Below, in pieces: positions 11,791 to 25,384 of a DNA stretch of 64,000 bases. Position numbers and translations under genes: made by a program. Position 1 is the stretch's first letter. Each line of letters starts with the position of its first letter. Source of the DNA: Botryllus schlosseri. Taxonomy: Eukaryota. The notes beneath the pieces were generated by a model. That model made no database searches. It saw nothing but the letters and a program-made list of their open reading frames with translations, and was not told where the DNA came from. The stretch covers positions 20,152,001 to 20,216,000 of the forward strand of contig CM119372.1 in the NCBI GenBank assembly GCA_051294905.1. The letters run 5' to 3'.

Positions 11791-13962
11791 TCACACTTCT
11801 GAATCAACAACAACAGCCTCAGACGTTCCTTGGTCTGTCCCACCATACGCTGAATTTTCAAGCGAGTTCGATGCTTCGTTGTTCGTAACAGTTTGAGTCA
11901 ACTCCACAGATTCCGTATTTTCAGTATTGACTCCATCCTTCGCTTTTTCGGGACCACAAACAGCAATTTCAAACACGTAATACACTGCCCAAAACACTAA
12001 AAAGCATGAGATCATAGTCACGAGTTTGATTGTACGGTCAGAAAGTGCAGTTGTGACATCGAAATTTGTATCGTGTCCAGGTGGACAATCCACCGATTCA
12101 CCATTCAAATACTGCCCGGAATAGGACGATTTTATAAGTGCCATCCTTTCATTGCGGTCCGCGGCAGAAAATTGCGATCCATAAATGGTCAGCTGCCAGT
12201 GCTTCAGCAGACCGACGACATCCACATCGTCAGTACCGCGACTAGTGTCCAATATCGTAAGCGCATATGACCCAGCTGGGCTTTCACCCCAGCATTTCAC
12301 AGTGGAAAAGGTCCAGTCCAACCCTTCATCGGAATCGTCGTGTTTACGGGTAGGGACAATAGAAGCAGTCCCGGAGGGGCAGGTTAACGTGAATTTAAGT
12401 TTCCCTCGACTCGCATGCTTGATTTTGACTTTGAACATCACATGTTCCAAAGTGGATATCAAGTTTTTGCGACAATCCTCCTCAGTAACTTCCACGGATA
12501 GAACTAAAGGTGCTTTACGGCAACACGGAATAACTACGTCCCTATCACTTTGCGAGTTTGGTGAAAACGAAGTCAGCCACGGAACAGCCTGCCACACTTT
12601 AGCGGCGTTCACCAAACGCCAGGCGTCTAACATGCCGAAACCGTGGACAGCACTGTGTCGCAGACTGGCTTGATTCTTCGTCCAGGCTGCATGGATCAGA
12701 TCAACAGGCACTGCCGTTAACGTGATGATATGCTGTACGTCGCGCCACGTCAAACACGGCCTTACTTCGAGCATCAGCGCGACCATACCTGCGGCTAGCG
12801 GCGTCGCAGCCGACGTGCCGGTGTGGTCAGAAGTACACTGTTTGTCGGAATTTCCCGTTGGTAAAGTCCAATCCGTGGTAACTATACTTCTGGCGGGGTA
12901 CCTACCCGAGCTAACGGTGCATGCAAACATGGAGGCGCATTCTTCCGCGTAACTCGGAATGTGTCCTAATTCATCTATCGCGCCGATAGTTATTGTATAT
13001 ATAGAGGTCGCGTACCCATCGTAATTGCAATTATCGTTATTTTGACCGCCATTACCGCTAGCGACAACATAAATTGACCCGAACCCTTGTCGGCCGGCTA
13101 CAACCCCATGTTTCAACGCCAGCGTCCCTAACTCATGCGGACCGTCCACCGATTTACCATCGTCTTCAGGCCCCCAGGAGCAGCTGTAAACATCGTTGAT
13201 ATTGATGTACTTATTGAAAGCAATGGCTTCGATTGCATCGGTGGTTGGACCGTCTAATACTTTAATAGCGCTGAATTTGGAGCCGTACGCGATCCCTACG
13301 CCGCACACGGAGTTGGGGACCGCGGACACTTCGCCAGCACATCGAGTTCCGTGTTTGTTATCTTCATCTGCATCTAAACTCGGTGAAGGGTCATCGTCTT
13401 CGTCGTTTAAATCGATGCTGCCTTCAGGACAGTAATTCTCAAGAAGATCTGGATGTTTCCAATCCACTCCATCATCAACAATAGCAACGACGACGCCCTT
13501 GCCCGTAATATTTTTTGCATATGCTTTCATCACGTTACAATCTCTCCCGTTGTGTCTGCCGTTATTCAAATGCCATTGCTTCGAAAATAACGGATCGGCG
13601 AATGCCGGAAATGAATTATGCGGGACCCGGGACACTCTTCTTTTGACTCTTTTCAGAAACACTTCCTGTTTATGCCATTCGATCAAGTGATGGGATGAAA
13701 GATAACTACTGATAACATGATTGCTTTGATTATTAATCTCAAATAAGTAATGGCCTTTGAGCTCTCCGATTTGTCCAAGACTTCTGCCGCCGGTTTCACG
13801 CTCCACCTTACCGACAATATCATGAATTACATCGGGTGATTTTGATGTGTGTGATTTGATTTTTACACTCCATTTTTGAGAGGCTGGATCTTCATGGGAC
13901 TCGTGGATGAGTAAGAACAGGATGCAGAAGATGTTCGAGCAAAATCCGAGATTTATCTTCAT
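11791..13962 (-). CDS. PCSK7: Proprotein convertase subtilisin/kexin type 7-like (723 aa, single coding exon)
   Basis: Signal peptide, prodomain ending RVKR, catalytic motifs VDDG, HGTRCAGE, ASGNGG and GTSAATP, P domain, C-terminal TM helix. PC7-like strings GPEDDGKSVDGPH, YAEECASM, RSIVTTDW. No Cys-rich furin repeats. Confidence 0.92.
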   Translation of the reverse strand: MKINLGFCSNIFCILFLLIHESHEDPASQKWSVKIKSHTSKSPDVIHDIVGKVERETGGRSLGQIGELKGHYLFEINNQSNHVISSYLSSHHLIEWHKQEVFLKRVKRRVSRVPHNSFPAFADPLFSKQWHLNNGRHNGRDCNVMKAYAKNITGKGVVVAIVDDGVDWKHPDLLENYCPEGSIDLNDEDDDPSPSLDADEDNKHGTRCAGEVSAVPNSVCGVGIAYGSKFSAIKVLDGPTTDAIEAIAFNKYININDVYSCSWGPEDDGKSVDGPHELGTLALKHGVVAGRQGFGSIYVVASGNGGQNNDNCNYDGYATSIYTITIGAIDELGHIPSYAEECASMFACTVSSGRYPARSIVTTDWTLPTGNSDKQCTSDHTGTSAATPLAAGMVALMLEVRPCLTWRDVQHIITLTAVPVDLIHAAWTKNQASLRHSAVHGFGMLDAWRLVNAAKVWQAVPWLTSFSPNSQSDRDVVIPCCRKAPLVLSVEVTEEDCRKNLISTLEHVMFKVKIKHASRGKLKFTLTCPSGTASIVPTRKHDDSDEGLDWTFSTVKCWGESPAGSYALTILDTSRGTDDVDVVGLLKHWQLTIYGSQFSAADRNERMALIKSSYSGQYLNGESVDCPPGHDTNFDVTTALSDRTIKLVTMISCFLVFWAVYYVFEIAVCGPEKAKDGVNTENTESVELTQTVTNNEASNSLENSAYGGTDQGTSEAVVVDSEV

Positions 13963-14492
13963 TGAGTATGCGGTGAAAACGTCGGAATCCTGTAGACATT
14001 ACAGGGGTAGTCCGGTGAGCATTGTACTATTACAGAATTTTGCCTAAACTAACACCGTCACACCGGTACCTAAAAAAATCGCCCACATAAAGCACACTAA
14101 TACGAAGGGAAGTTGACAATCTAAATGTTAATTATGTAAAAAAAACAAAAAGCGAGTTACATAATTTGCGCAACTGCATGTAGCCGTCAGAAATACTAAG
14201 ATTACAAATTTTTACGAATGTTGTAACAGACATGCATTCGAAACTTATCAGTGAAATAATATGGTCGCGAAAATGACAAGGTCATTAGCAATCCATTATT
14301 CAAGATTGGCCGATGATTAGAAAATGAAATTCATTCGTTGCAATTGTTGGATCTGCTGGAACATGGTTGTTTGTCGAAAGAAAAATACATTTCATGGTTT
14401 ATCCTTGTCAAAACACGTGCATTCGTACTCCAATTAACACACATGTTAGACATTCCATACATAGGTCAAGCTGAATTGAAGATTATGACATG

Positions 14493-15450
14493 CCGTAATT
14501 TTCCAAGTTTAGTACGCCCCCATGTATAATACACACCCCTAAAACAGCATGTAAATTCTGGGAAAAAGCCTGTACCCATGTATAGTGCGCACCCTGCATT
14601 TCAGTACATGAATAGTTCCGATTTCGTATACGATGTCATTCTGTCTTGCGATGTCACTCTTGAACAATCATTACACAACGATCGCTAATCATTATACAAT
14701 TAGAGGGATTGTCTTTAAACGATAGTAGATAGCAGCCCAAGCCTGTGAGGCGGGCGGCGCGATAGTTCAGGCTAGCGACACGACACCTTGAGCACGAGGA
14801 GACCTTTTACAGATGCGAATGCTAATCATTATACAATTAACGGTATTGTCTCTAAACGATAGTAGATAGCAGCCAAAGCCTGCGAGGCCGGCGGCGAGTT
14901 AGTTTAGGCCAACGAACCGACATTTTGCGCACAATGCCTATTACAGATGCGATTGCGCCTACGCTAACGGTTATGTCATGCGCAACTGGTCGGTTGGAGA
15001 TGCGACTGATTACGCAAGCGATTAATTATATCCTGCACACATGTCCTCTTGTTTATGTATAAATTGCATATGCGATTGTTCGGGCCTGTCGTTGACGCGA
15101 TGAATTGGCGAGGATTGCCACGCGCGAGTGTCTATTAGTGACCTGATTTCGCTCGCGTACAAACGGCAAACCGACTCAGCAGGAGATCGCGTGCTTGTGC
15201 ACACGACTCTCGTTAATTGGCAACACGCTTCCCACTAATTGGCAGCGCGTTACACTCTATAATACGAATTACTACGCGCGATGGCTGAAAGTGATGCGCG
15301 GTTGGAAACAAACATGAAGATAGGTGTGATTTCAAGTTTTTTATCGAGGGAGATTTTTTAAAGGCTTTTTGTATATATGTATAATACGCACCCCCTATTT
15401 TAGGGCAAAAAATCGTGAAAATTTTGCGCATTATACAGGGAAACTTACGG
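14493..15450. mobile_element. Tc1/mariner (pogo-like) non-autonomous element
   Basis: Imperfect TIRs CCGTAATTTTCC / GGAAACTTACGG followed by TA; repeated TGTATAATAC(A/G)CACCC subterminal motif; internal ~138-bp tandem duplication (14683/14821). Confidence 0.65.
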
Positions 15451-15715
15451 TATGTGGTGAATTGTGAGAAGCAATAAATTGTTCCCATGTATGCAGCACA
15501 TCATTTCTAGGGCAATCAAAAGATAAATTCAACACAAAAGTAATTATACTAGCTTTCACCAAAGATATTTATCGGTATGAGTTAGCTAGTAACACCAATA
15601 TTACCCAAAGCTCGGACAGACTGGTTTAATTATCACAAGACCACTTATCATGAACACTGGAGTCAGCCTTACAGAGGCATTGTCTAACAACATACGAATA
15701 TGACAATGGCCTTCA

Positions 15716-16945
15716 TCATTTGACACCAGGTTTCAATGTAGAAAACACTCGCTTAGGTTGCAATCTCCCAACAATTTCATTCAAAAAATTCGTAATATGG
15801 GTGTCTTTTTCACCTCTTTTCCCAGCTGCAACAATTGCCAGCATGATACCACTATCTATCTGTTGGGCATAATATGAATAATTTGAGCCCTTATCATATA
15901 GATACGCATATTTATCATAGCTGATATCTTCAAATTTGTTATAGAGAAAAATGTCAAGGTTAGATTGCAGCTCCTCTTTTATGTTTGTGGGCATCTCCAA
16001 CACCCGTGCATGGGTCATTCTATTTTCAACATCGACGAGCTTGGAAGTATGCTCGTTCCCGATAGCGCATAACAATACATAACAGGAGTCGCTTCTTCTA
16101 CAGAAATTCAAAATTTTACCGATATAATCGTAACTGCATTTGGACAGGAACATTTTCATGTCCGTGCCGTTATCAATTTTACGCAGTATACTGTAGAAGT
16201 AGAAAGAAAATTTAGAGAGCAACTCTTGGAAGTATCGAGCCATCCATTGATAGATTGCAGAAACTGGAGATGTGGAACGCCTTTCGCCGAATCCCAGCAA
16301 GCCAGGTCGGAAGGAATATGTGTGATGCTGTTCTTTTGCTAGCAGTGGTTGCCAAACGGCTAACGTTCTATGAATTTTATGTAGTTCGATTAATGAATCA
16401 AAATAATTCCACTCCGATATCCACACGCTGGATCGAATCAGCTTTTGGAAAGTTTCAAATTCCGAAACGAACGAGTCTGCTATAGGTTTTAAAGCACTGC
16501 AATGTTCCGATGAGTGACATTTATCCAATAGATTGGAGATTGCTCCCTCCAATTCTTCCAAGGTAGAACGTGAAGCCGATTCATATACCTCAATGCAGTC
16601 TATACGGCAAGCACAGAATGATGATAAACTTGCTGCCACTTTGACACATAGCTGGCGATCACACTTTTTATCGTACGAGTTCTCTTTCTCAATGACTTTA
16701 ACCAAATTTTGGAATTCAATGCTAAGATTGATATACGCACTTTTTAACGGATCTTTACGGCCGAACCATTTTTGCTCCATGAATACTAACGAGTAGTAAC
16801 TTTTCTCGCACATGGCAAATTGGACCAGACCTGCTTGCAAAATTGCAGGCTCGCAATCTTTGCGTTTTTCCACTTGCTCTTTGGCTTTGTCGCACGCTAC
16901 CGTGGAAATGTGAGAAAGGTAACTTTTGAAAAAACTTTCGTCCAT
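15716..16945 (-). CDS. KICS2: KICSTOR complex subunit 2 (C12orf66 homolog), single coding exon
   Basis: Long ORF with first ATG at 16945. Motifs DKAKEQVEK, ISEWNYFDSLIELH, LLSKFSFYF and C-terminal FLNEI..PKRVFSTLKPG match C12orf66 as recalled. Confidence 0.88.
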   Translation of the reverse strand: MDESFFKSYLSHISTVACDKAKEQVEKRKDCEPAILQAGLVQFAMCEKSYYSLVFMEQKWFGRKDPLKSAYINLSIEFQNLVKVIEKENSYDKKCDRQLCVKVAASLSSFCACRIDCIEVYESASRSTLEELEGAISNLLDKCHSSEHCSALKPIADSFVSEFETFQKLIRSSVWISEWNYFDSLIELHKIHRTLAVWQPLLAKEQHHTYSFRPGLLGFGERRSTSPVSAIYQWMARYFQELLSKFSFYFYSILRKIDNGTDMKMFLSKCSYDYIGKILNFCRRSDSCYVLLCAIGNEHTSKLVDVENRMTHARVLEMPTNIKEELQSNLDIFLYNKFEDISYDKYAYLYDKGSNYSYYAQQIDSGIMLAIVAAGKRGEKDTHITNFLNEIVGRLQPKRVFSTLKPGVK

Positions 16946-18377
16946 CTTCGACTTTATCAACGTAGCTTCAGTAGATACGTTGAATGTTGCGGTAGACTTT
17001 GTTGACAGCTATAGGAACAAAAACTACCCCCAAATACCCATCATAAGCAGCCAAATCCCGCCATCCAGCAGCTTGATTGGGAATAGCGGAGGCAGGCAGA
17101 ATCCATCCAACCAGAACCGATCCACTGCATGCATCGATCCATTTGGTAATCGAAACTCGATTTCCACGCTGACTGGTTCTTTTACGATGCATATATTTGA
17201 TCTTTCCGCAAACTTGCAGCAAATTGCAATCATGGAATATGCCTGTATCAGTATACCTGTATATACCTTACCTGTATCAGTAATCTAGCATGCAGCAGTT
17301 CCAAAACTGGACACCGGGAAGTATTTGAACTTTTCACGATTCTTATTTTTTTAGTATTGGGGATGCAAAACGGAATGGCTTGGCTTAATTCCATGCTGTC
17401 GTAATTCGTATGTAGAACGAGCAGAGATGAAATGTCCCGCAGGTGGAAGGGGGTCTGGGAGTGAACCCTCCGATTAGTTTGGTTGAACCTTATTCGCTGT
17501 GGGGCCAAAACCGGGTGGGGACAAAGTGGTGTTTCGATTCATATCCGTGGATACCAGAATCGTGATGTATACAAATTCGAAGAGTTGAACGTCTAGTTCT
17601 CTGGTATTACTCAAAACAGATACGCAGGATCAACGGCACATTATGCTTTACAAAGGCATATAAAATAGAAATATGGGAAATGATGCCTCGACGTCATAGT
17701 TGAATAACTCCGCTTGCTGGGAGAATCGGATGTACACATTCGATACTACAATTGTTGTTTTGACGCATTTTATTATTGCAAGATTTGCAACGACTTCAAC
17801 CCTTCTCGACTGCAAGTCATTGTCATCGCCACAACGTGAAAGTCAAAGGAGTTGTGATACGATGTTATCGGTTAGAAATGACAGGAGATCTATCTGTAGC
17901 AAAACGTTGTCAAAGTTAACGCCACATATATATATGCAGCTTAGGATAAATAAGCATATAAATGATGGAAATCTCGCATCATGCATATCCACAAAGAACG
18001 AAACAAAGTAAATGAACTTGGAAGTATGCCACGGCAATTCTTTTTAACATAACATGGTGCGATAAATATAGATACAAGAGAAGAGGTCAGTCAGTAAATA
18101 TTTTTGTACAAGGCAAAAGTCTGAAGTTGAATTGCAAATCGTTCCAGAACTTCACACCTGGTTGTCAAAGAATTCTATAAAGTCCGGGTGTATGTAAATT
18201 GCCATCATCGAGTGGTTTGATGAAAATCTATTATTATGGGAATGTCAGGTCCGATGATCCATTAGCGATGTCTGGAGGTCGAATCTCAAATTGAAGCTTG
18301 GTTAGCTGGTGAATAAGACTTCTATTGTTCTGTTTGCACCAATAGTTCTGCTACTGCTATATTAATATACCTGTATT

Positions 18378-18963
18378 ATGACATTGGACCATCATCATGG
18401 GAGTGGGAAGAAGCGGAAGCGTCGAGATAGTGACAATCCAAACTCTGATGCTCCAGAAGTCGGTCTCATAAACCTTCAAATGAACACTTTGAGGTAAGAA
18501 TTATTTTGGCGTTCTATTCCAGACATCTCGATCTTTCTGCAATTTATTTGCTGATTTTGAAGATTTAGATACAGGCCATGTAACTGTTTAATTGATTCAC
18601 GAATTACAAAGACATCATATAATCTAACATAAATCCAACATCATCTTAGCTGCAGGGGTGCAGCTGCTTTTCTTTCTGAAAATTAGAATGTGCTGTATCG
18701 TGAAAAATGCATTCAATTTCAGACGATACAAACGACACTTCAAACTCCAAACGAAGCCAGGGCTTAATAAAGCTCAACTCGCTGAGTCGATGCAGAGACA
18801 TTTCTCTGGGATAACTGTTGTGGAAAAGGAGGCCTTAGCCTATTTCATATACATGGTGAAAATGAAAAAGAATCGGATGGATATCAAGGAAGGGAACAAT
18901 AGTGGCAATGGAAATGAATATGGAAATAGCAGTTCGAATCATGAAAAGAGAGATCATCGATGA
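18378..18963 (+). CDS. SAP30: SAP30/SAP30L-family Sin3-HDAC subunit, 118 aa, 2 coding exons (18378-18493, 18723-18963)
   Basis: KKRKRR basic motif, then PEVGLINLQMNTLR|RYKRHFKLQTKPGLNKAQLAE..RHF..VEKEALAYFIYMVK, the SAP30 Sin3-binding domain. Phase-2 GT-AG intron. Confidence 0.88.
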
Positions 18964-20034
18964 TATATTTCCATAGAATTTGCTTATTGGACCACTTTCA
19001 TGTGTCACCAGCAACTACTTTGTATGCTGTGAAGCCAGAAGTGTTGCCATCAGTGATACAGAAATGAAGTATCCAACAGCCTGATTGCCTTGATTGTCAA
19101 TACAATGGCTCCTGCTTTTTCTACTTCTTCCGCTACTTGAGTGGTTTGGATTATAGACTACATGTAACTGCTTAATCCTGTTCTACGTTTCGAATTTTAT
19201 CTATTCTGTAGGATAAGTTTCCTCCCAGATCAATTCATGTATGTGAGAAGGAAATCCTCACAGGGTTGCAGAAATGCCTAAATTTTCAAATTTTGGAACC
19301 CTGAGCCATCCATGAAATCACGAGTTTTGATTTAAAAGAATCATACCTCGTTACGTGATAAAATCCGACATCAGAGGCAATCTAACGATCAGGATTGAGT
19401 CCGGGTATGCCACGTAATTATTAGCTCATGTAAACTATTATCCGGCCATTGAAGAGAGTAAATCTGGATCACATTCTGTCAAACTGCTCTTCAATTGCAT
19501 TCATCAGTGATTTTTTTTAGGAGTTACCCCGCTACCCCGAGACATTTTGAATATGTATGATCTCTGAAATTTTTCTGTAAATCTTGACGGTTAGACAATA
19601 GACGAGTTATGTGAAGTTGGACAAGACAAATCTGGCAGCTATTCCTGATTTGGAATCAGCTCTCTTATAGCATTTGAAATTATACTTAGGTAGGCTTTTA
19701 GAAGTACAGAACTTGAGTGTTGCAAAATTATACCTGTGTCCGATCAAGGCAGGAGGTTCTGACACCCTGATGTACAAAAGTGTAGCTGAAATATCACATG
19801 TTGATGTGTATATCATTGTAATAATGTAATCTACATCGTGAAACTTGTCCGTCATTCATGAGTTAACAGCCACAACTTGGTTTACAACACTTTTTGTCAA
19901 TGGATTCCTGCCTCAAACAAGTTCCAGTAGACGATGCTTACCATCGCTAAAATCTTCAGCTGCCACTCTCCTCAGAAACTAATTGACAATGCAGTTGGTC
20001 AGAAAACATCTATATTTGTTGCGACAATATGACA

Positions 20035-21844
<1,810 letters not shown>

Positions 21845-22274
21845 CTTGATTCTGTAACGTAAAGGAGAGCGCTGATAAATATTGAGCTGTAAGACAAAAA
21901 CGCTGTTTAAATAGTTTCAATATCTAAGCGACCTCACGTATTCGAGCTGACGTCGTGACGTGAAAGTATTCGCTCATGACCAAGTTTCTGTGGTGAAATA
22001 CTTTAGGGCCTATTATCGTGCTATCACTCAGTCTCTATATAGACATTTACCAACTAAAGCACTTGTGTGTTTGCCAAGGAAAGTTTGCGCGAAGATCGGC
22101 GTCAGCAAAGATTGAACCAAGACATAGTATAACGAACAAGAGAACTTAACCAATTACGAACAATATCTTACCAGTTTAAGAAGGATTACACGCTACAAAG
22201 CTTTCGACTCTCGACGTGAACAACGCAGACTGGATACCGAACTCAATCAGAAATATCTCAAGGAGACAATGTTC

Positions 22275-22286
22275 TGCGCATGCGCG
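22275..22286. promoter_or_regulatory. NRF-1/EWG-type binding site upstream of ATP synthase subunit c
   Basis: TGCGCATGCGCG fits the YGCGCAYGCGCR consensus and lies just upstream of the putative first exon. Confidence 0.55.
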
Positions 22287-23139
22287 TACCGGTTGAAAAG
22301 TTGTCAATATTATAACTTATCTTCTTTTATATGAGTGTCGCCTTGGATGAATGAATATGTAGCACCTAATTTGCAAAAGGTGATAATTGTTTTGGAATCA
22401 GTAACGGTTGTAATGAATATCGATATTCGATAGCAGCAGCATCCTATGTTTCGTCACGGTCGATATATCACCACTGCGCAACACAACACCACCATGATCA
22501 CAATCAAGATTTCTTTTATTTTCATCCGCCCAAGATATACTGAACAGATAGGATGTTGAAACTATGGTAAGTTGATGCCCGATTTAACAACAGACGATCA
22601 TGATCTTACGGATGTCTTTCGACAGATTTCCAGTTTCTTCCGGACCAAAGACTCATCGGCGCTTACGATACCAGAAGCAGAATAATATCAATATATATTC
22701 TATTACAGAAATATACGCACAGGCAGTCGTGTCAATGATTTCTCTAATCTACCGCCAAATTATGACGACATCGTGTGTCATCGGTATGAAGCAATATGTA
22801 TTTGCTATATGACGTCACCCGAAGCGAAAATCCCCAGTTGCAATCACTGAGCTAAACAATGAATGGTGAAAGACGCACACGCAATGTACAGTGCGATATA
22901 CAAGACTGCGGTTCTTTTTTTTCTGTCTTTTTTGTATATTTTTATGTCGCCGTAAGTAAAGCGACACGGGGGACGAAGAGCCCAAAATAACCTCCGACGG
23001 CGGGACTTGAGCCCCAGGTCGCCTGCGTATAGCGCAGAAAATCAAACATGCAGAAGCCAGGGATATCTAGAACTCTGATGTATTCAAGATATCCCTGGCC
23101 GTACCTTATTACTATTGTTCTTGAATAAACAGCTATAAT

Positions 23140-23321
23140 CAGGGGTGGGCAATAGGCGGACGTAGAAGGGATTTTGTGTGGCCGTGGACACGTAATTCAA
23201 TTATATAGTAGATATGTTGGCGGCCGTCGACATGCAAATTGAAATTACGAATTCACTCCCGAATATTTGAGAGATTTTAATTAACCTTGAAATGCGACTT
23301 TATTTTTCGATTATAATATAG
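23140..23321 (+). mobile_element. Truncated left end of a hAT MITE (same family as 29383-30295)
   Basis: CAGGGGTGGGCAA terminus; the following ~180 bp align by eye with 29383-30003 once that copy's insert is removed. Confidence 0.7.
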
Positions 23322-24682
23322 CAGTGTTGGGATCAAGTCACTGCCTTCGAGTCACGAGTCATCTCGAGTCATTGCAGATTTTGACTCGAGTCAAGTCAAG
23401 TCACTCGATTTTCAAAGATGACTCGAGTCAAGTCAAGTCACCCGATTTTTGGAGGTGACTCGAGTCAAGTCAAGGCAAGTCAAGTCATGAGTCGAGTCAA
23501 GTCAAGTCACCCGATTTTTGGAGGTGACTCGAGTCAAGTCAAGTCACGAGTCGAGTCAAGTTGAATTTTCAAAGTACGAGACATGATTCAAAGTCATTGT
23601 GCTATGCTAACTGTTTTAAATACAGATGGAGTCCGCATTTATTCTGAATCGCTCTATCGCTCATGCATACGTAGAACTGTCAAACTACGCAAGTACAGCG
23701 GTATCGCCTCAGCGAGCCGCATGCTATGCTCTTTGAGCCTTTGATTGCGACTATTCAATGAGTGTGCATTGTGCAATGTGCATTCGGATATAATGAACGT
23801 ATAGTAAGCCACTGTACCTTTTCCATCGAGATTCGCCCAATAATCACAAAGTTAGAATTGAAACGTCATTACGAAACCAAACATCAAAACCTTAATTGCC
23901 ACGAGTTACCCAACAAAGACATATTTACGAAGTATTATGATTAACGAGCTCCGCACTGTTTGACATCATAATAGTTCGATTTCAAACAACTTGCAGCCAA
24001 GGTGGAGACGCATCGTATTATACCACACAAACTTCTTCCGATACCCTACATTTCCATATGACGGAATATATTAGGATATATCAATTTCTGTGTTGTGACA
24101 CTTTTAAGGCAGCGATTTTTTCTATGCGACTGGCGCGTGAAGCGCAGCTCTGCTCATCCCTTATCTATAATTATCGGCCAAAATATAGAATAACATATGA
24201 AACATCAGAAAGGTCAAAAATGATATGGAGCAAATACCCTACCCACATATATATCATTGACATACAATTATATAAACGTACGGTATGGGCGATATTCGTT
24301 CGATTTAAAGCACACAAGAGGGTTGGTTGAGGTGAGCACAAGCTTACGACAACGTAAGCTATAAGCTCCGATCACTGCGTCAACGACCAATTCATTAGTG
24401 ATGTAACAATGCATGCTCGGTAAAACGCATAATTATTGAGTGATCGGTTAACAATCTGAACTTATACAAGATACAGCGATTTAGTCGACATCGATTACTT
24501 GATGACTTGAAATTGCCTCGTAAATTTTTTTTCGAGTCACGAGTCAATCTGCATTTCTGAAGCGTCGAGTCAAGTCAAGTCAAGTCATTTTTGCAAAGTG
24601 GCTCGAGTCAAGTCAAGTCATACGAAAAAGGTGACTCGAGTCTGACTCGAGTCAAGTCATGACTCTAGTCATCCCAACACTG
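23322..24682 (+). mobile_element. Non-autonomous hAT element with GACTCGAGTCAAGTCAAGTCA subterminal arrays
   Basis: TIR CAGTGTTGGGAT / ATCCCAACACTG; perfect TSD TAATATAG. Confidence 0.92.
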
Positions 24683-24900
24683 TAATATAGTAGCGCCTTT
24701 TCCAATCTGATCCGGAATTGGAATCGCAATCGTGTGCTCCTCATGAAAGAAATTTATTGCTTCTGGAGCATTTGGAAGATTTCAATATATTTCCACTAAA
24801 CCGACACTCCTGATGGGGGTCAAGAAATTACAGCATGCAACAAAGTGACTGCTTAAGGTAAAGTGCCCCTGGAAATATCGTAGCAACACAGTCGATGAGT

Positions 24901-25173
24901 TTATGAAATTTGAACTTGGTAAGAAATCACAGAAAAACAGTTTTCATTTGACTTCTGCTGGATAATTACAAGTAAATCGCTCTTATTGACATCAAATTCA
25001 GGCCCAAATGTATGCCACAAATAGCCCTGCCTTCTTGTTCTTACTCTGCATTCCCAAGGCTTGCAAGCCTTCCTGTGCCTTGCGTTGGAAGGAAATGAAT
25101 GGAAAGATCTGTTCTTCCCCGGTTCATTGCCATTGGTGGCACTGCATGTATAAACACAGCAGTGTTTCGGCAT
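24901..25173 (-). pseudogene. Frameshifted THAP zinc-finger domain (transposon-derived remnant)
   Basis: MPKHCCVYTC..SFHSFP..W followed in another frame by AICGIH, giving the C2CH THAP signature split by a frameshift. Confidence 0.7.
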
Positions 25174-25384
25174 TATATTTTAGTTATGCTACTAAATATT
25201 TTATTTCCTTTCCTAATTCTATTATTGATGAAGAAATAAACATTTAACTGTAATCTTGTCGATTTTATACAGTCTACACGGCTATAGGAATACATCGTAG
25301 TGCCAACTAGGCCTAGGTAAATGCAGCGTCCTCCGTTGCTGCGCCGTATCCATGGCCATTGTCCCTCGACCAATCAGCGTAAAG

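Noticed and set aside
12073..13690. Plus-strand ORFs over PCSK7
   Set aside because: Antisense shadows of a long coding exon with no recognisable domains. The same applies to plus-strand ORFs over KANSL1 at 54955-56424.
10106..15715. KICS2-PCSK7-NUP205 as an operon (same strand, acceptors just before the ATGs)
   Set aside because: Spacers are ~1.7 kb and contain plausible cis donors, so ordinary 5'UTR introns explain the acceptors.
17400..17560. GC-richer stretch considered as RNase P/MRP or another ncRNA
   Set aside because: Conserved P4 motifs were not found. More simply the KICS2 5' leader or promoter.
23335..23560. GACTCGAGTCAAGTCAAGTCA repeats with short variable spacers, superficially like a CRISPR array (also 31650-31830 and 60460-61000)
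   Set aside because: Irregular period, spacers repeat each other, no cas genes, eukaryotic context, and they are enclosed by TIRs and TSDs. They are transposon subterminal repeats.
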